Below are positions 9,601-16,934 of a stretch of DNA of 33,174 nucleotides, one piece after another (the first letter of the stretch is position 1; the number at the start of each line of letters is the position of its first letter). The notes beneath the pieces are model-generated. The model searched no databases, was not told the origin of the DNA, and worked only from the letters and a program-made list of their open reading frames with translations. A program made the position numbers and the translations under genes. Source of the DNA: an uncultured Mycoplasmatota bacterium (GTDB lineage Bacteria; Bacillota_I; Bacilli_A; RF39; UBA660); the NCBI GenBank assembly GCA_948472605.1, contig CAOKUH010000002.1, forward strand, positions 1 through 33,174, read 5' to 3'.

Positions 9601-11140
9601 ACCAGATAAGAATTGTCCAAATTGTAATAGTAAAATGACTAAAGATGGTCATGATATACCTTTTGCTACCTTTTTAGGATTTAATGCCGATAAAGTTCCT
9701 GATATAGATCTTAATTTTTCAGATTTAAATCAAGCTAGTGCTCATGAATATACTAAGGTATTATTTGGTGAAGATAATGTTTATAGAGCTGGAACAATAG
9801 GAACAGTTGCTGAAAAAACTGCTATTGGCTATGTTCTTGGTTATTGTGAAGAAAAAAATATTATAATGCGTAAGATAGAGGTAGAGCGTCTTGCTAAAGG
9901 TTGTACAGGGGTAAAAAGAACAACAGGTCAACATCCTGGAGGTATAGTTGTTATTCCTGATTATATGGAAGTATTTGATTTTACCCCATTTCAATATCCT
10001 GCTGAAGATCCAACAAGTGCTTGGCGAACAACACATTTTGATTATCATGCTATCGATGCTGATGTTTTAAAGTTAGATATTTTAGGACATACAGATCCAA
10101 CTCAACTTAGAATGATTCAAGACTTAACAGGAGATGATGTTACAGAAGTACCACTTGATGATAAAGCGACAATGTCTTTATTTACGGGAACTAAATCTTT
10201 AGGAGTTACGAAAGATCAAATTATGTGTGATACAGGAACTCTAGGAGTACCTGAGTTTGGAACACCATTTACTATTCAACTTGTTAAAGATGCTAAACCA
10301 ACTACATTTGCGGAACTTGTTAAAATATCAGGACTTGCTCATGGAACAGATGTTTGGCTGGGTAATGCTCAAGAATTAATTCAAAAAAATATTTGTCCAT
10401 TTAAGGATGTTATAGGATGTCGTGACGATATTATGGTTGAGTTAATGAATAAAGGTGTTCCGCCATTAAAAGCATTTAAGATTATGGAGTTTGTCCGTAA
10501 AGGTAAAGCTGGTAAAGATCCTGAAACTTGGGCAGGATTTGTGGAAACTTTAAAAGAATATAATATTCCAGATTGGTATATTATATCGTGTCAAAAAATA
10601 AAATACATGTTTCCTAAAGCTCATGCAGCAGCTTATGTAACTAGTGCTTTTCGTATAGCTTGGTATAAAGTTCATAAACCTTTAGTGTATTATTGTACTT
10701 ATTTTTCTACAAGATTTAATGACTTTGATCCTGATTGTATGGTTAAAGGATATGATGCTATAAAAGCTAAAATGTTAGAAATTCAAAGTAAAGGCTATGA
10801 TGCTACAAATAAAGACCAATCTTTATTAGAAACTTTAAAACTTGCCTTAGAAGCAACAGCTAGAGGAGTAAAATTTAAAATGATTGATATTAAAAAAAGT
10901 GATGGTTATAATTTTATAATGGATGAAGATGAAAATGCTATCATATTGCCTTTTAGAAGTTTAGATGGTCTAGGAGATGCTGTTGCTACAAAAATAATGG
11001 AAGAACGTAGTGAAAAAGCTTTTTATAGTATTGAAGACTTTAGCAATCGTGGTAAAGTAAATCAATCAACTATTGAAAAAATGCGTATTTTAGGTATATT
11101 TGAAGGTATGCCTGAAACAAGTCAATTAAGTTTATTTTAA
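6641..11140 (+). CDS. polC: DNA polymerase III PolC type (with 3'-5' exonuclease)
   Basis: PHP motif ELHAHTMMSAMDG. DEDDh exonuclease motifs FVVFDTETTGF, AHNAKFDISF and HRADYDAEG. Zn module CPKCKMS...CPNCNSK. Polymerase core VPDIDLNFS and GQHPGGIVV. The ATG at 6641 is preferred over the three TTG codons at 6632-6640. Confidence 0.97.
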   Translation: MNEELKRFFNSILYTPKEDIYTNAEVKKVIYIKQKDTYEVHLNILDVLPMNEVIELFNHAKEGIKKEKKCMIRLNYQNVTSKDVLNYLKELINELISKRPSLVNLKDAKLSIDDEIITIEVGTKLESLEVKKEAKWLTNKLFIYGLGEYEITSILNEELNKQVKEDIEKSYINEIPIIENNSNKEESSIEGDVTTISNIIGEIPKVIIEAYIFGIEEKEFEKTNLITLKISDKTNSLIAKMFKRDKSDFKNTLKQLKEGNWYRFQGKVEFDTFSKDHVLSIRKFESIPSKEEITKELTDNPRVELHAHTMMSAMDGVIEAKALVKHAIKMGQKSIAVTDHNCCQSFPELYHAVCDNNKGKEGSDRFKVLYGVEINVVNDDVDIIFNNKTYNLLEDTFVVFDTETTGFYAGSDQMIEIGAVKIKNGEIIERFDELIDPHRPIPKKITELTFITDEMLSGCDNEENVTKRFLEWVGDLPLIAHNAKFDISFMKAACNKYNLKEFSYTVLDTMSIARMLHPEWPNHKLQTLTKKLDIPWDEDKHHRADYDAEGTALAYYKMAKSLYDQNISTTDELLANIDIESLIKFSYPFHATAIAKNREGLKNLFKIISLANTKYLYKNEQPKIPRKEFNELREGLLIGSGCINGEIFDKAKGLEDEELVNMMNFYDYIEVQPVSAFSHLIGPEARFLTTNEAENYLSRIIRVGKEAGKPVVVTGDVHNLKKEDKIYREIIINQKFNGKLHPLKRRGIEVPNQYLKTTEEMMEDFSFLDEEIRKEIIIDNTNKIADMVEEIEVIIDTPNPFAPRIPNSVMTMTELVYSKADELYGNPLPLNIEERLAKELYGESIINACKSEERDEVMAFKLVHDIILKGKEAVKDMVKKHLSEDDIADKTLEEIDKLAYKNLGGIIGANYDVIYLIAQKLVKHSNDEGFLVGSRGSVGSSFVANMMGITEVNSMPAHYRCPKCKMSIFNDDENKALGITYSCGFDLPDKNCPNCNSKMTKDGHDIPFATFLGFNADKVPDIDLNFSDLNQASAHEYTKVLFGEDNVYRAGTIGTVAEKTAIGYVLGYCEEKNIIMRKIEVERLAKGCTGVKRTTGQHPGGIVVIPDYMEVFDFTPFQYPAEDPTSAWRTTHFDYHAIDADVLKLDILGHTDPTQLRMIQDLTGDDVTEVPLDDKATMSLFTGTKSLGVTKDQIMCDTGTLGVPEFGTPFTIQLVKDAKPTTFAELVKISGLAHGTDVWLGNAQELIQKNICPFKDVIGCRDDIMVELMNKGVPPLKAFKIMEFVRKGKAGKDPETWAGFVETLKEYNIPDWYIISCQKIKYMFPKAHAAAYVTSAFRIAWYKVHKPLVYYCTYFSTRFNDFDPDCMVKGYDAIKAKMLEIQSKGYDATNKDQSLLETLKLALEATARGVKFKMIDIKKSDGYNFIMDEDENAIILPFRSLDGLGDAVATKIMEERSEKAFYSIEDFSNRGKVNQSTIEKMRILGIFEGMPETSQLSLF

Positions 11141-11152
11141 AATATTTATTTG

Positions 11153-11186
11153 TGCTATATTATTAGTTAATATAGCATTTTTTTTT
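11153..11186 (+). terminator. Rho-independent terminator after polC
   Basis: Perfect 10-bp stem TGCTATATTA (11153-11162) / TAATATAGCA (11168-11177) with a 5-nt loop, then a run of 9 T. Confidence 0.85.
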
Positions 11187-11353
11187 GACATTCTTAATGG
11201 GTCTAAATAAAGGATATATCCAAGATATATAAAATAAAGAAAATAGCAATTAGGTTCAAAAAGGTTCTTACAAAAATCTTATTCTAACTAAAATAGCAAT
11301 TATTTTGAAATTGGAACCCTAAAATTTAATAAAAGTGTTGGTGGTGTACTTTT

Positions 11354-11644
11354 AGGCTTAGCAAATTATTTGTTTTACCTGAAGTAAAAGGGGTTACTAA
11401 AAGAAATGTTGAAAGAATGGTACAATTTTATAAAACATATAAAGATGACAAGATTGCGACACCACTGGTGACGCAATTAAGTTGGACAAATAATTTATTA
11501 ATTTTAAGTAGTTCAAAATCAAGTGAAGAAAGGCATTTTTATCTAAAATTATCTATTAAGAAAAATTATTCAAAAAGAAAGTTAGATAGAAAAATTTCCT
11601 CAGAATGTCATCTATGTTTTCTAATATGTCTACAAATTCCTTAA
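11354..11644 (+). pseudogene. remnant of a DUF1016 (YhcG-like PDDEXK nuclease family) gene, N-terminal portion only
   Basis: The frame reads RLSKLFVLPEVKGVTKRNVERMVQFYKTYKDDKIATPLVTQLSWTNNLLILSSSKSSEERHFYLKLSIKKNYSKRKLDRKISSE. This follows the DUF1016 N-terminal pattern (GFS.RNL..M..FY..Y ... QLSW.H...LL....... R.FY ....... WS.R.L.RQI.S). There is no start codon or RBS at the homology start, stops lie upstream, and the nuclease domain is absent. Confidence 0.6.
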
Positions 11645-11750
11645 TTTATGTCAAAGACGAAACAATACAAAATTGGATTTTGACATCAGATAATGCTCGT
11701 CCAACATCTTGGACAACAGAAAATGTAATTATAAAAATATAATATTATAT

Positions 11751-11790
11751 AAAATATCTTGAAAGTTTTTGAGATATTTTTATTTTTTTG
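11751..11790 (+). terminator. AT-rich hairpin plus T tract upstream of the bacteriocin transporter (terminator or attenuator-like)
   Basis: AAAATATCT (11751-11759) / AGATATTTT (11772-11780) with a 12-nt loop, followed by TTATTTTTTT. The stem is AT-only, so stability is low. Confidence 0.25.
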
Positions 11791-11861
11791 AAAAAAGTTT
11801 GCTTATAAAAAAAGGAAATATCAAATTTGCAGTGTATATATATAGTAGGAGGCAAAATAAA

Positions 11862-13916
11862 ATGAAAAAAAATGTAATAGTAAGACAACAAGATTTAAAA
11901 GATTGTGGAGTTTGTTCACTACTTTCAATAATTAAATACTATGGTGGCTTTGTACCTTTAGAAATATTAAGACAAGATACAAATACAACAATAGAAGGCA
12001 CAACTGCTTATCATCTTGTTAAGACAGCTAGAAATTATGGCTTTGATGCCTATGGTATGAAATTAGAAAAAATAGACGAACTAAAAGATGTTATCCTTCC
12101 AATTATTGCTCATGTAGTTATTAATAACTTAAATCATTTTTTAGTAATTTATGAAATTAAAGAAAATAGCATGATTTTAATGGATCCTAGTAAAGGTAAA
12201 GTGAAAATTTCAAAGACTGAATTTATTTCAATTTGGACTGGTAATATTATTATCCTTTATCCTAAACGCAAACTACCCCAAATTATAAATGAAAATCATT
12301 TGGTCCAACTTGTTAAAGAAGTCTTTAAGCAAGAAAAGATTATAATTTTAAGAATTTTACTTTTAACAGCTATTTTAACATTCATTACAATCTTAACAGG
12401 TTTTTACTTTAAAATAGGGATTAATTTCATTAGTATGAATAAAGAAAAAAATGTAATAACTCAACTAATTCTACTATTTATGTGCTTATATTTAGTAAAA
12501 GAACTAATTTATTATTTCCGTAATCATTTTAAAAACTATTTAAATAAAAATCTAGATGGAATTATTTATTATAATTTTTTAAAGCATTTATTTTTGCTTC
12601 CTAATTCTTTTGTTAAAGATAGAACAACTGGAGAAATTATGATTAGAATTAAAGAACTTCAAAATGTTAAAGAAGTATTCACAGAAATTCTAATTACGAT
12701 TTTATTGGATTCTATCTTAGCAATAAGTGTAGGAATTATCCTTTTTAACATTCATCAAAAATTATTTTTTATTCTTTGTTTATTTGTTTTTGTTTATGTT
12801 ATATTTGGAATAATTTCAAGTAAAATTATTTATAAAAAGGCTTTTGCTGTTAATGAATCAGAGGTTAATTTAGAATCAACAATAATTGAAAATATTGATT
12901 CGTTTATAAGTATTAAGAATTTAAATATTGTCAAATTAGTTATGAAAAAAATTGAAATATATTTAACTAAGTATTTAAGTTCTATTTATGATTTAAATAA
13001 TAATTTTTCTAAGACTAACTCTATAGCTAATTTTTTAGAAGAATTTTTAAGCTTTAGCATTATCTCTTTTGGTTTAATTTTAATATTACAAGAAAAATGT
13101 TCATTAATTAATTTGGTTACTTTTGAAAGTTTAGTTGGTTTCTTTTTCACCCCATTTAAATCAATAATAAATTTATTGCCCAACTATAACTATGTCAAAA
13201 TAGAAATTAATAAAATAAATGATTTTTATAATATTTTAGAAGAGAGAGAAAATGAAGGATTAAAAGAATTTTCTTATGGAGATATTGAAATAACTGATTT
13301 AACTTTTTCTTACAATGATTTTTCTGAATTATTTAGTGGCTTAACTTTAACAATAAAGAAAAATTCATGTGTCTTATTTAAAGGGCAAAGTGGTTGTGGG
13401 AAAAGTACATTGTGCCAAATTATAAGTCGTTTGATAGACGTAAAAAATAATAATATTAGAATTGGGAATGTGAGTTTAAACGACTATAGTTTAAGCACTA
13501 TTAGAAAAAATATTACTTATGTTGGTCAAAAAGAAAATTTAATTCAAGATTCAATTAAAAATAATATTATTTTAGAGCGAGATATATTAGAGAAAGAATA
13601 TTTAGAAATATTAAGAATTTGTGAAATAGAAGCGATTGTTGCTAAAAAGCCATTAAGATATGAAACTTTTCTTTCGAAAGATTCAATAAATATATCTGGT
13701 GGTGAAAAACAAAGAATAATATTAGCAAGAGCCCTATTAAATAATTTTCAAATATTAGTTTTGGATGAAGCATTAAGCGAAGTTAATAGTGATTTAGAAA
13801 TTAAAATTATAAAAAATATAAAGGAATACTTTAAAGATAAAATAATTATTTATGTTAGTCATAAGAAACATGATAGATATTTTGATAAAGTTTATGATTT
13901 TGGAGAATTGCTATGA
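11862..13916 (+). CDS. bacteriocin-processing ABC transporter with N-terminal C39 peptidase domain (PCAT / AMS family)
   Basis: C39 catalytic context QQDLKDCGVCSL ... NHFLVIYEI ... MDPS, then six-helix TMD-type hydrophobic stretches. Walker A GQSGCGKST, ABC signature ISGGEKQR, Walker B ILVLDEA. The ATG at 11862 has a GTAGGAGG RBS. The TTG at 11769 in the ORF track is an extension. Confidence 0.93.
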   Translation: MKKNVIVRQQDLKDCGVCSLLSIIKYYGGFVPLEILRQDTNTTIEGTTAYHLVKTARNYGFDAYGMKLEKIDELKDVILPIIAHVVINNLNHFLVIYEIKENSMILMDPSKGKVKISKTEFISIWTGNIIILYPKRKLPQIINENHLVQLVKEVFKQEKIIILRILLLTAILTFITILTGFYFKIGINFISMNKEKNVITQLILLFMCLYLVKELIYYFRNHFKNYLNKNLDGIIYYNFLKHLFLLPNSFVKDRTTGEIMIRIKELQNVKEVFTEILITILLDSILAISVGIILFNIHQKLFFILCLFVFVYVIFGIISSKIIYKKAFAVNESEVNLESTIIENIDSFISIKNLNIVKLVMKKIEIYLTKYLSSIYDLNNNFSKTNSIANFLEEFLSFSIISFGLILILQEKCSLINLVTFESLVGFFFTPFKSIINLLPNYNYVKIEINKINDFYNILEERENEGLKEFSYGDIEITDLTFSYNDFSELFSGLTLTIKKNSCVLFKGQSGCGKSTLCQIISRLIDVKNNNIRIGNVSLNDYSLSTIRKNITYVGQKENLIQDSIKNNIILERDILEKEYLEILRICEIEAIVAKKPLRYETFLSKDSINISGGEKQRIILARALLNNFQILVLDEALSEVNSDLEIKIIKNIKEYFKDKIIIYVSHKKHDRYFDKVYDFGELL

Positions 13917-14341
13917 AAGAGTATTTACGATTTAATCTGAATAGTCATTTATATAAAAATTCTAAAAAATATAGCATTACTTGGTTTATTCCTTTAATAA
14001 TAATTATTTTTATAATAATATTTTCTTTAACTCATAGTGTCTATAATGTCTATGATGTAAGTGCTATATATAAATGTGATCAAAAATGCACTCTAGACTT
14101 TTATATTAGTATTCTGGATGGTTTTACTTATGATTATATTACTATTAATAATAAAACTTATGAAATAGATAATATACTTTATGGTGATATAGAACTAAAT
14201 GAAAATAATGTGGGAATTCAAAAAATAGCACTTGAAGTAAAAGAGTATGAAGGGAAAAATAATGAAGTTGTAAAGTTAAAAATATTTAAAAACAAAGAAA
14301 AAATGTTAAAAAAAATATATGAAATCATTAAAGAAAGGTGA
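13913..14341 (+). CDS. small single-pass membrane protein translationally coupled to the transporter (accessory or immunity candidate)
   Basis: ATGA start/stop overlap with the transporter gene. One TM helix (ITWFIPLIIIIFIIIFSL). 142 aa with no recognisable catalytic motif, and much shorter than HlyD/LcnD-type accessory proteins. Confidence 0.6.
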   Translation: MKEYLRFNLNSHLYKNSKKYSITWFIPLIIIIFIIIFSLTHSVYNVYDVSAIYKCDQKCTLDFYISILDGFTYDYITINNKTYEIDNILYGDIELNENNVGIQKIALEVKEYEGKNNEVVKLKIFKNKEKMLKKIYEIIKER

Positions 14342-14351
14342 GGTATTAAAA

Positions 14352-14489
14352 ATGGTTTTAAAAAAAGAAGAATTAAATGAAGTAATAGGAGGAGGAATTA
14401 GTCTTTCTATACTAGGAATAATTGGAGCTATTGGTGTATTTATAGCTGGTGTAGTTGATGGATTTCTGCGTCCACTACGCTGTAATTAA
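14352..14489 (+). CDS. double-glycine-leader bacteriocin precursor A (45 aa; not in the ORF track)
   Basis: Translation: MVLKKEELNEVIGG|GISLSILGIIGAIGVFIAGVVDGFLRPLRCN. The leader has the canonical GG-leader positions (L-12, E-8, L-7, V-4, G-2, G-1). The RBS AGGTGAGG lies upstream. The mature part is Gly/Ile-rich, hydrophobic and cationic at the C-terminus. The gene lies directly downstream of the C39 transporter. Confidence 0.8.
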   Translation: MVLKKEELNEVIGGGISLSILGIIGAIGVFIAGVVDGFLRPLRCN

Positions 14490-14498
14490 GGAGGATTT

Positions 14499-14654
14499 AT
14501 GAATTTAAATGAAACTGAATTATTTTGCATAAAAGGTGGAGCTATAACCTCAACTTTCCTAAATTCTGTTGCTAGAGTTATAACTACAATTTTAGATTTA
14601 GGAAGAACAGTAGGTTCTTCAATTAGAAGAATTTATAGTAAAAATTATTGTTAA
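14499..14654 (+). CDS. double-glycine-leader bacteriocin precursor B (51 aa; not in the ORF track)
   Basis: Translation: MNLNETELFCIKGG|AITSTFLNSVARVITTILDLGRTVGSSIRRIYSKNYC. The leader has L-12, E-8, L-7, I-4, G-2, G-1. A strong AGGAGG RBS sits 4 nt before the ATG. The gene starts 9 nt after peptide A. Confidence 0.8.
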   Translation: MNLNETELFCIKGGAITSTFLNSVARVITTILDLGRTVGSSIRRIYSKNYC

Positions 14655-14720
14655 CTATATTGCTTAAATAAATTAATTATTATATAATTAATCTAGTTTA
14701 AGAATAGAGGAGGGATATAT

Positions 14721-15470
14721 ATGAAGAATAACAAAGGGTTTATTGCTATTTCTTTAATATATTCCTTTTTCTTAATTTTTATTATAACGCTTTTGATGAT
14801 TGTAAGTAATTATGCTAAAAATCGCGTACTTTTAAATGAAGTGAAAAATAGTACACAAGAATATTTGAATAATTTAGCAGGTTTTAATCCCGTTTATTTA
14901 GTAAATAAAAACTATAGTGTAAATGAAGCTGTTTTATATATAGATGAAAATTGGAAAGTTTTAAAAGATGAAGGAGAGTTTGTAACTTTAATTTTAAATA
15001 GAGCTTTAAATGTGACTGAAATAAATAGAGCTTTAACTAATAATAGTTTAACAGGTGTTAGTAATTCTAATAAAACATTAATGTGTGGTAATGAGCCAAA
15101 TCATTCTATCTGTAATTATAAAAAAACTGGTACAACAATAGAATATGCTTATTATAATTGGAATATTAGTATAGCTTATAAAGTTGTTCAAGATTGGTTT
15201 TATAATAATCCTTCTTTACAAAAAGCATCATCTATAGGAAGTCTTAAAAATATGAGTTTTTCTGATAATATAAAAAATTATTCCGATTTTATAAGAATTC
15301 CTATAGCTCAAGAATTTTCTATAATAAATAATACTAATATTTGGTATTTAACTAGTTCAAGTAGAACAGATGGTATCAGTTACAATAATATTGGGGGCAC
15401 AAATGTAAGTACACATAATAATTATAAAGAAATAAGACCAGTTATATCTGTAAAAAAATTTACTTCGTAA
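14721..15470 (+). CDS. hypothetical exported/membrane-anchored protein with prepilin-like (ComGG-like) N-terminus
   Basis: GGAGGG RBS. The N-terminus MKNNKGFIAISLIYSFFLIFIITLLMIV resembles class III (prepilin) signal/anchor segments of minor pseudopilins such as ComGG (RGFIYPAVLF, as I recall) but lacks Glu at +5. The rest is Asn/Ser-rich with a Cys pair (MCGNEPNHSICNY). Confidence 0.55.
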   Translation: MKNNKGFIAISLIYSFFLIFIITLLMIVSNYAKNRVLLNEVKNSTQEYLNNLAGFNPVYLVNKNYSVNEAVLYIDENWKVLKDEGEFVTLILNRALNVTEINRALTNNSLTGVSNSNKTLMCGNEPNHSICNYKKTGTTIEYAYYNWNISIAYKVVQDWFYNNPSLQKASSIGSLKNMSFSDNIKNYSDFIRIPIAQEFSIINNTNIWYLTSSSRTDGISYNNIGGTNVSTHNNYKEIRPVISVKKFTS

Positions 15471-16263
15471 TTAAATTTAGAAATTGGACAATTATATAAC
15501 TTAAAATTAAGATTATTATATAAATTAAAGATTTACTAATATCTAAAAAGTTAAAAGGAATAATAATTAAGGAGCTCATTAAAACCATTCCTACAATTAA
15601 ACTCATGAAAGGAATACGATGTTTTTTTAAGAAATATAAAGAAAATTTGCTTCCTAAATAAAAACCTAACATATCACCAACCAAGTAAAATATAAGAGGA
15701 AGAATAAATATTAAAGTGCCAAAATTTAGATTTGCAAGAAAAGATTTATATAAAAAATATGGTCCTAATATCATCATAATCATTGATCCAGATATTCCTG
15801 GTAAGATAGTAAAAAAGCCATCTATCATGCCACAAAATGCAAAGTAGATTAAGAAAAGAATTGTGATTTTGGGATAATCTATTATTACATGTGTAGGATT
15901 TATTGATATTGAAGATAACATAAAGATTATTATAGTGCCTATAACAAACCAAAATAAATTTGGCTTAATTTTTTCGCTATGAAAAAGTTCTGGAACAGAA
16001 AATAGAACAAAACCACTAAATAAAAGTAAAGTATAATTTGGGATAAAATAAAATAAGAGTTCAATAATTCTTGCAAATGTAATAGTACCTAAAATAACTC
16101 CTAATATCAGTTTTAAAATAAAAACTTTGTTTCCTTTTTGTTTAATATTACTTATAGCTTTTGCAACCTCATCATATTTTTTCATAATAACTAATATTGT
16201 TCCGCCGCTAATTCCGGGGATAAGACTTACAACACCAATTAAAAAACCTGTAAAAAAAATCAT
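15460..16263 (-). CDS. DUF368 family polytopic membrane protein (family linked to undecaprenyl-phosphate translocation)
   Basis: Duplicated signature LIPGISGGTILVIM ... ILPGISGSMIMMILG, with about 8 hydrophobic helices. The 3' end overlaps the convergent 14721..15470 gene by 11 nt. Confidence 0.85.
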   Translation of the reverse strand: MIFFTGFLIGVVSLIPGISGGTILVIMKKYDEVAKAISNIKQKGNKVFILKLILGVILGTITFARIIELLFYFIPNYTLLLFSGFVLFSVPELFHSEKIKPNLFWFVIGTIIIFMLSSISINPTHVIIDYPKITILFLIYFAFCGMIDGFFTILPGISGSMIMMILGPYFLYKSFLANLNFGTLIFILPLIFYLVGDMLGFYLGSKFSLYFLKKHRIPFMSLIVGMVLMSSLIIIPFNFLDISKSLIYIIILILSYIIVQFLNLITK

Positions 16264-16290
16264 AAATTCACCAATAAATAATATGTTTTA

Positions 16291-16319
16291 TTGTAGTTTA
16301 AAAGAACTTGTGGTAAAAT
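16291..16319 (+). promoter_or_regulatory. putative sigma-A promoter for lemA-DUF2207
   Basis: TTGTAG (16291-16296), 17-nt spacer, TAAAAT (16314-16319) with TGg immediately upstream (extended -10). It lies 26 nt before the lemA start. Confidence 0.45.
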
Positions 16320-16344
16320 GTAAAATATAAGGAGGCATTACAAT

Positions 16345-16893
16345 ATGTGGAAATGGATTATATTAGCAGTAGTAGTTTTAATAGTTTTGTTTGTTATAGC
16401 TACATATAATAAGTTAGTGGTTTTAAGAAATAGAGTAAGAGATCAATGGGCACAAATTGATGTTCAATTAAAAAGAAGATTTGATTTAATACCTAACTTA
16501 GTAGAAACTGTTAAAGGTTATACTAAACATGAAAGTGAAACTTTAGAAAATGTCGTAAAAGCAAGAAATACCTTTTTAAGTGCTACAACACCTGAAGCTG
16601 AAATGGAAGCAGATGGTGAACTTACTAAGGCTATATCTAAACTTTTTGCTTTAACAGAAAGTTATCCTGATTTAAAAGCTAATACTAATTTTATTGATTT
16701 GCAAAATGAATTACAACAAACTGAAGATAAAATCGCAAGTGCTAGACAATTTTATAATGATATCGTCTTAACTTACAATAACAAAATTCAAGTTGTACCA
16801 AGTAATATTATTGCATCAATATTTAATTTTAAAAAAGAAGCATTTTTCGAAGCAAACGCTACGGAAAGAGAGAATGTACAAGTTAAATTTTAA
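16345..16893 (+). CDS. lemA: LemA family membrane protein
   Basis: N-terminal TM helix, then the LemA blocks YNKLVVLRNRVRDQWAQIDVQLKRRFDLIPNLVETVKGY, SYPDLKAN and ARQFYNDIVLTYNNKI. Confidence 0.92.
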   Translation: MWKWIILAVVVLIVLFVIATYNKLVVLRNRVRDQWAQIDVQLKRRFDLIPNLVETVKGYTKHESETLENVVKARNTFLSATTPEAEMEADGELTKAISKLFALTESYPDLKANTNFIDLQNELQQTEDKIASARQFYNDIVLTYNNKIQVVPSNIIASIFNFKKEAFFEANATERENVQVKF

Positions 16894-16934
16894 GCTAAGA
16901 TGCTTAAAATTTTCTTTTTAAAAGGAGATAATAT

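Noticed and set aside
11417-11644. The 75-aa ORF in the track could be an intact gene.
   Set aside because: Its homology to the DUF1016 N-terminus begins upstream of the ATG (from about 11354) and there is no RBS. The ORF ends in out-of-family sequence and the nuclease domain is missing. I treated it as a pseudogene fragment.
14672-14692. The AT-only palindrome ATTAATTAT-TAT-ATAATTAAT after the bacteriocin peptide genes could be a terminator or operator.
   Set aside because: The stem is entirely A/T, there is no T tract after it, and such palindromes arise easily by chance at this base composition.
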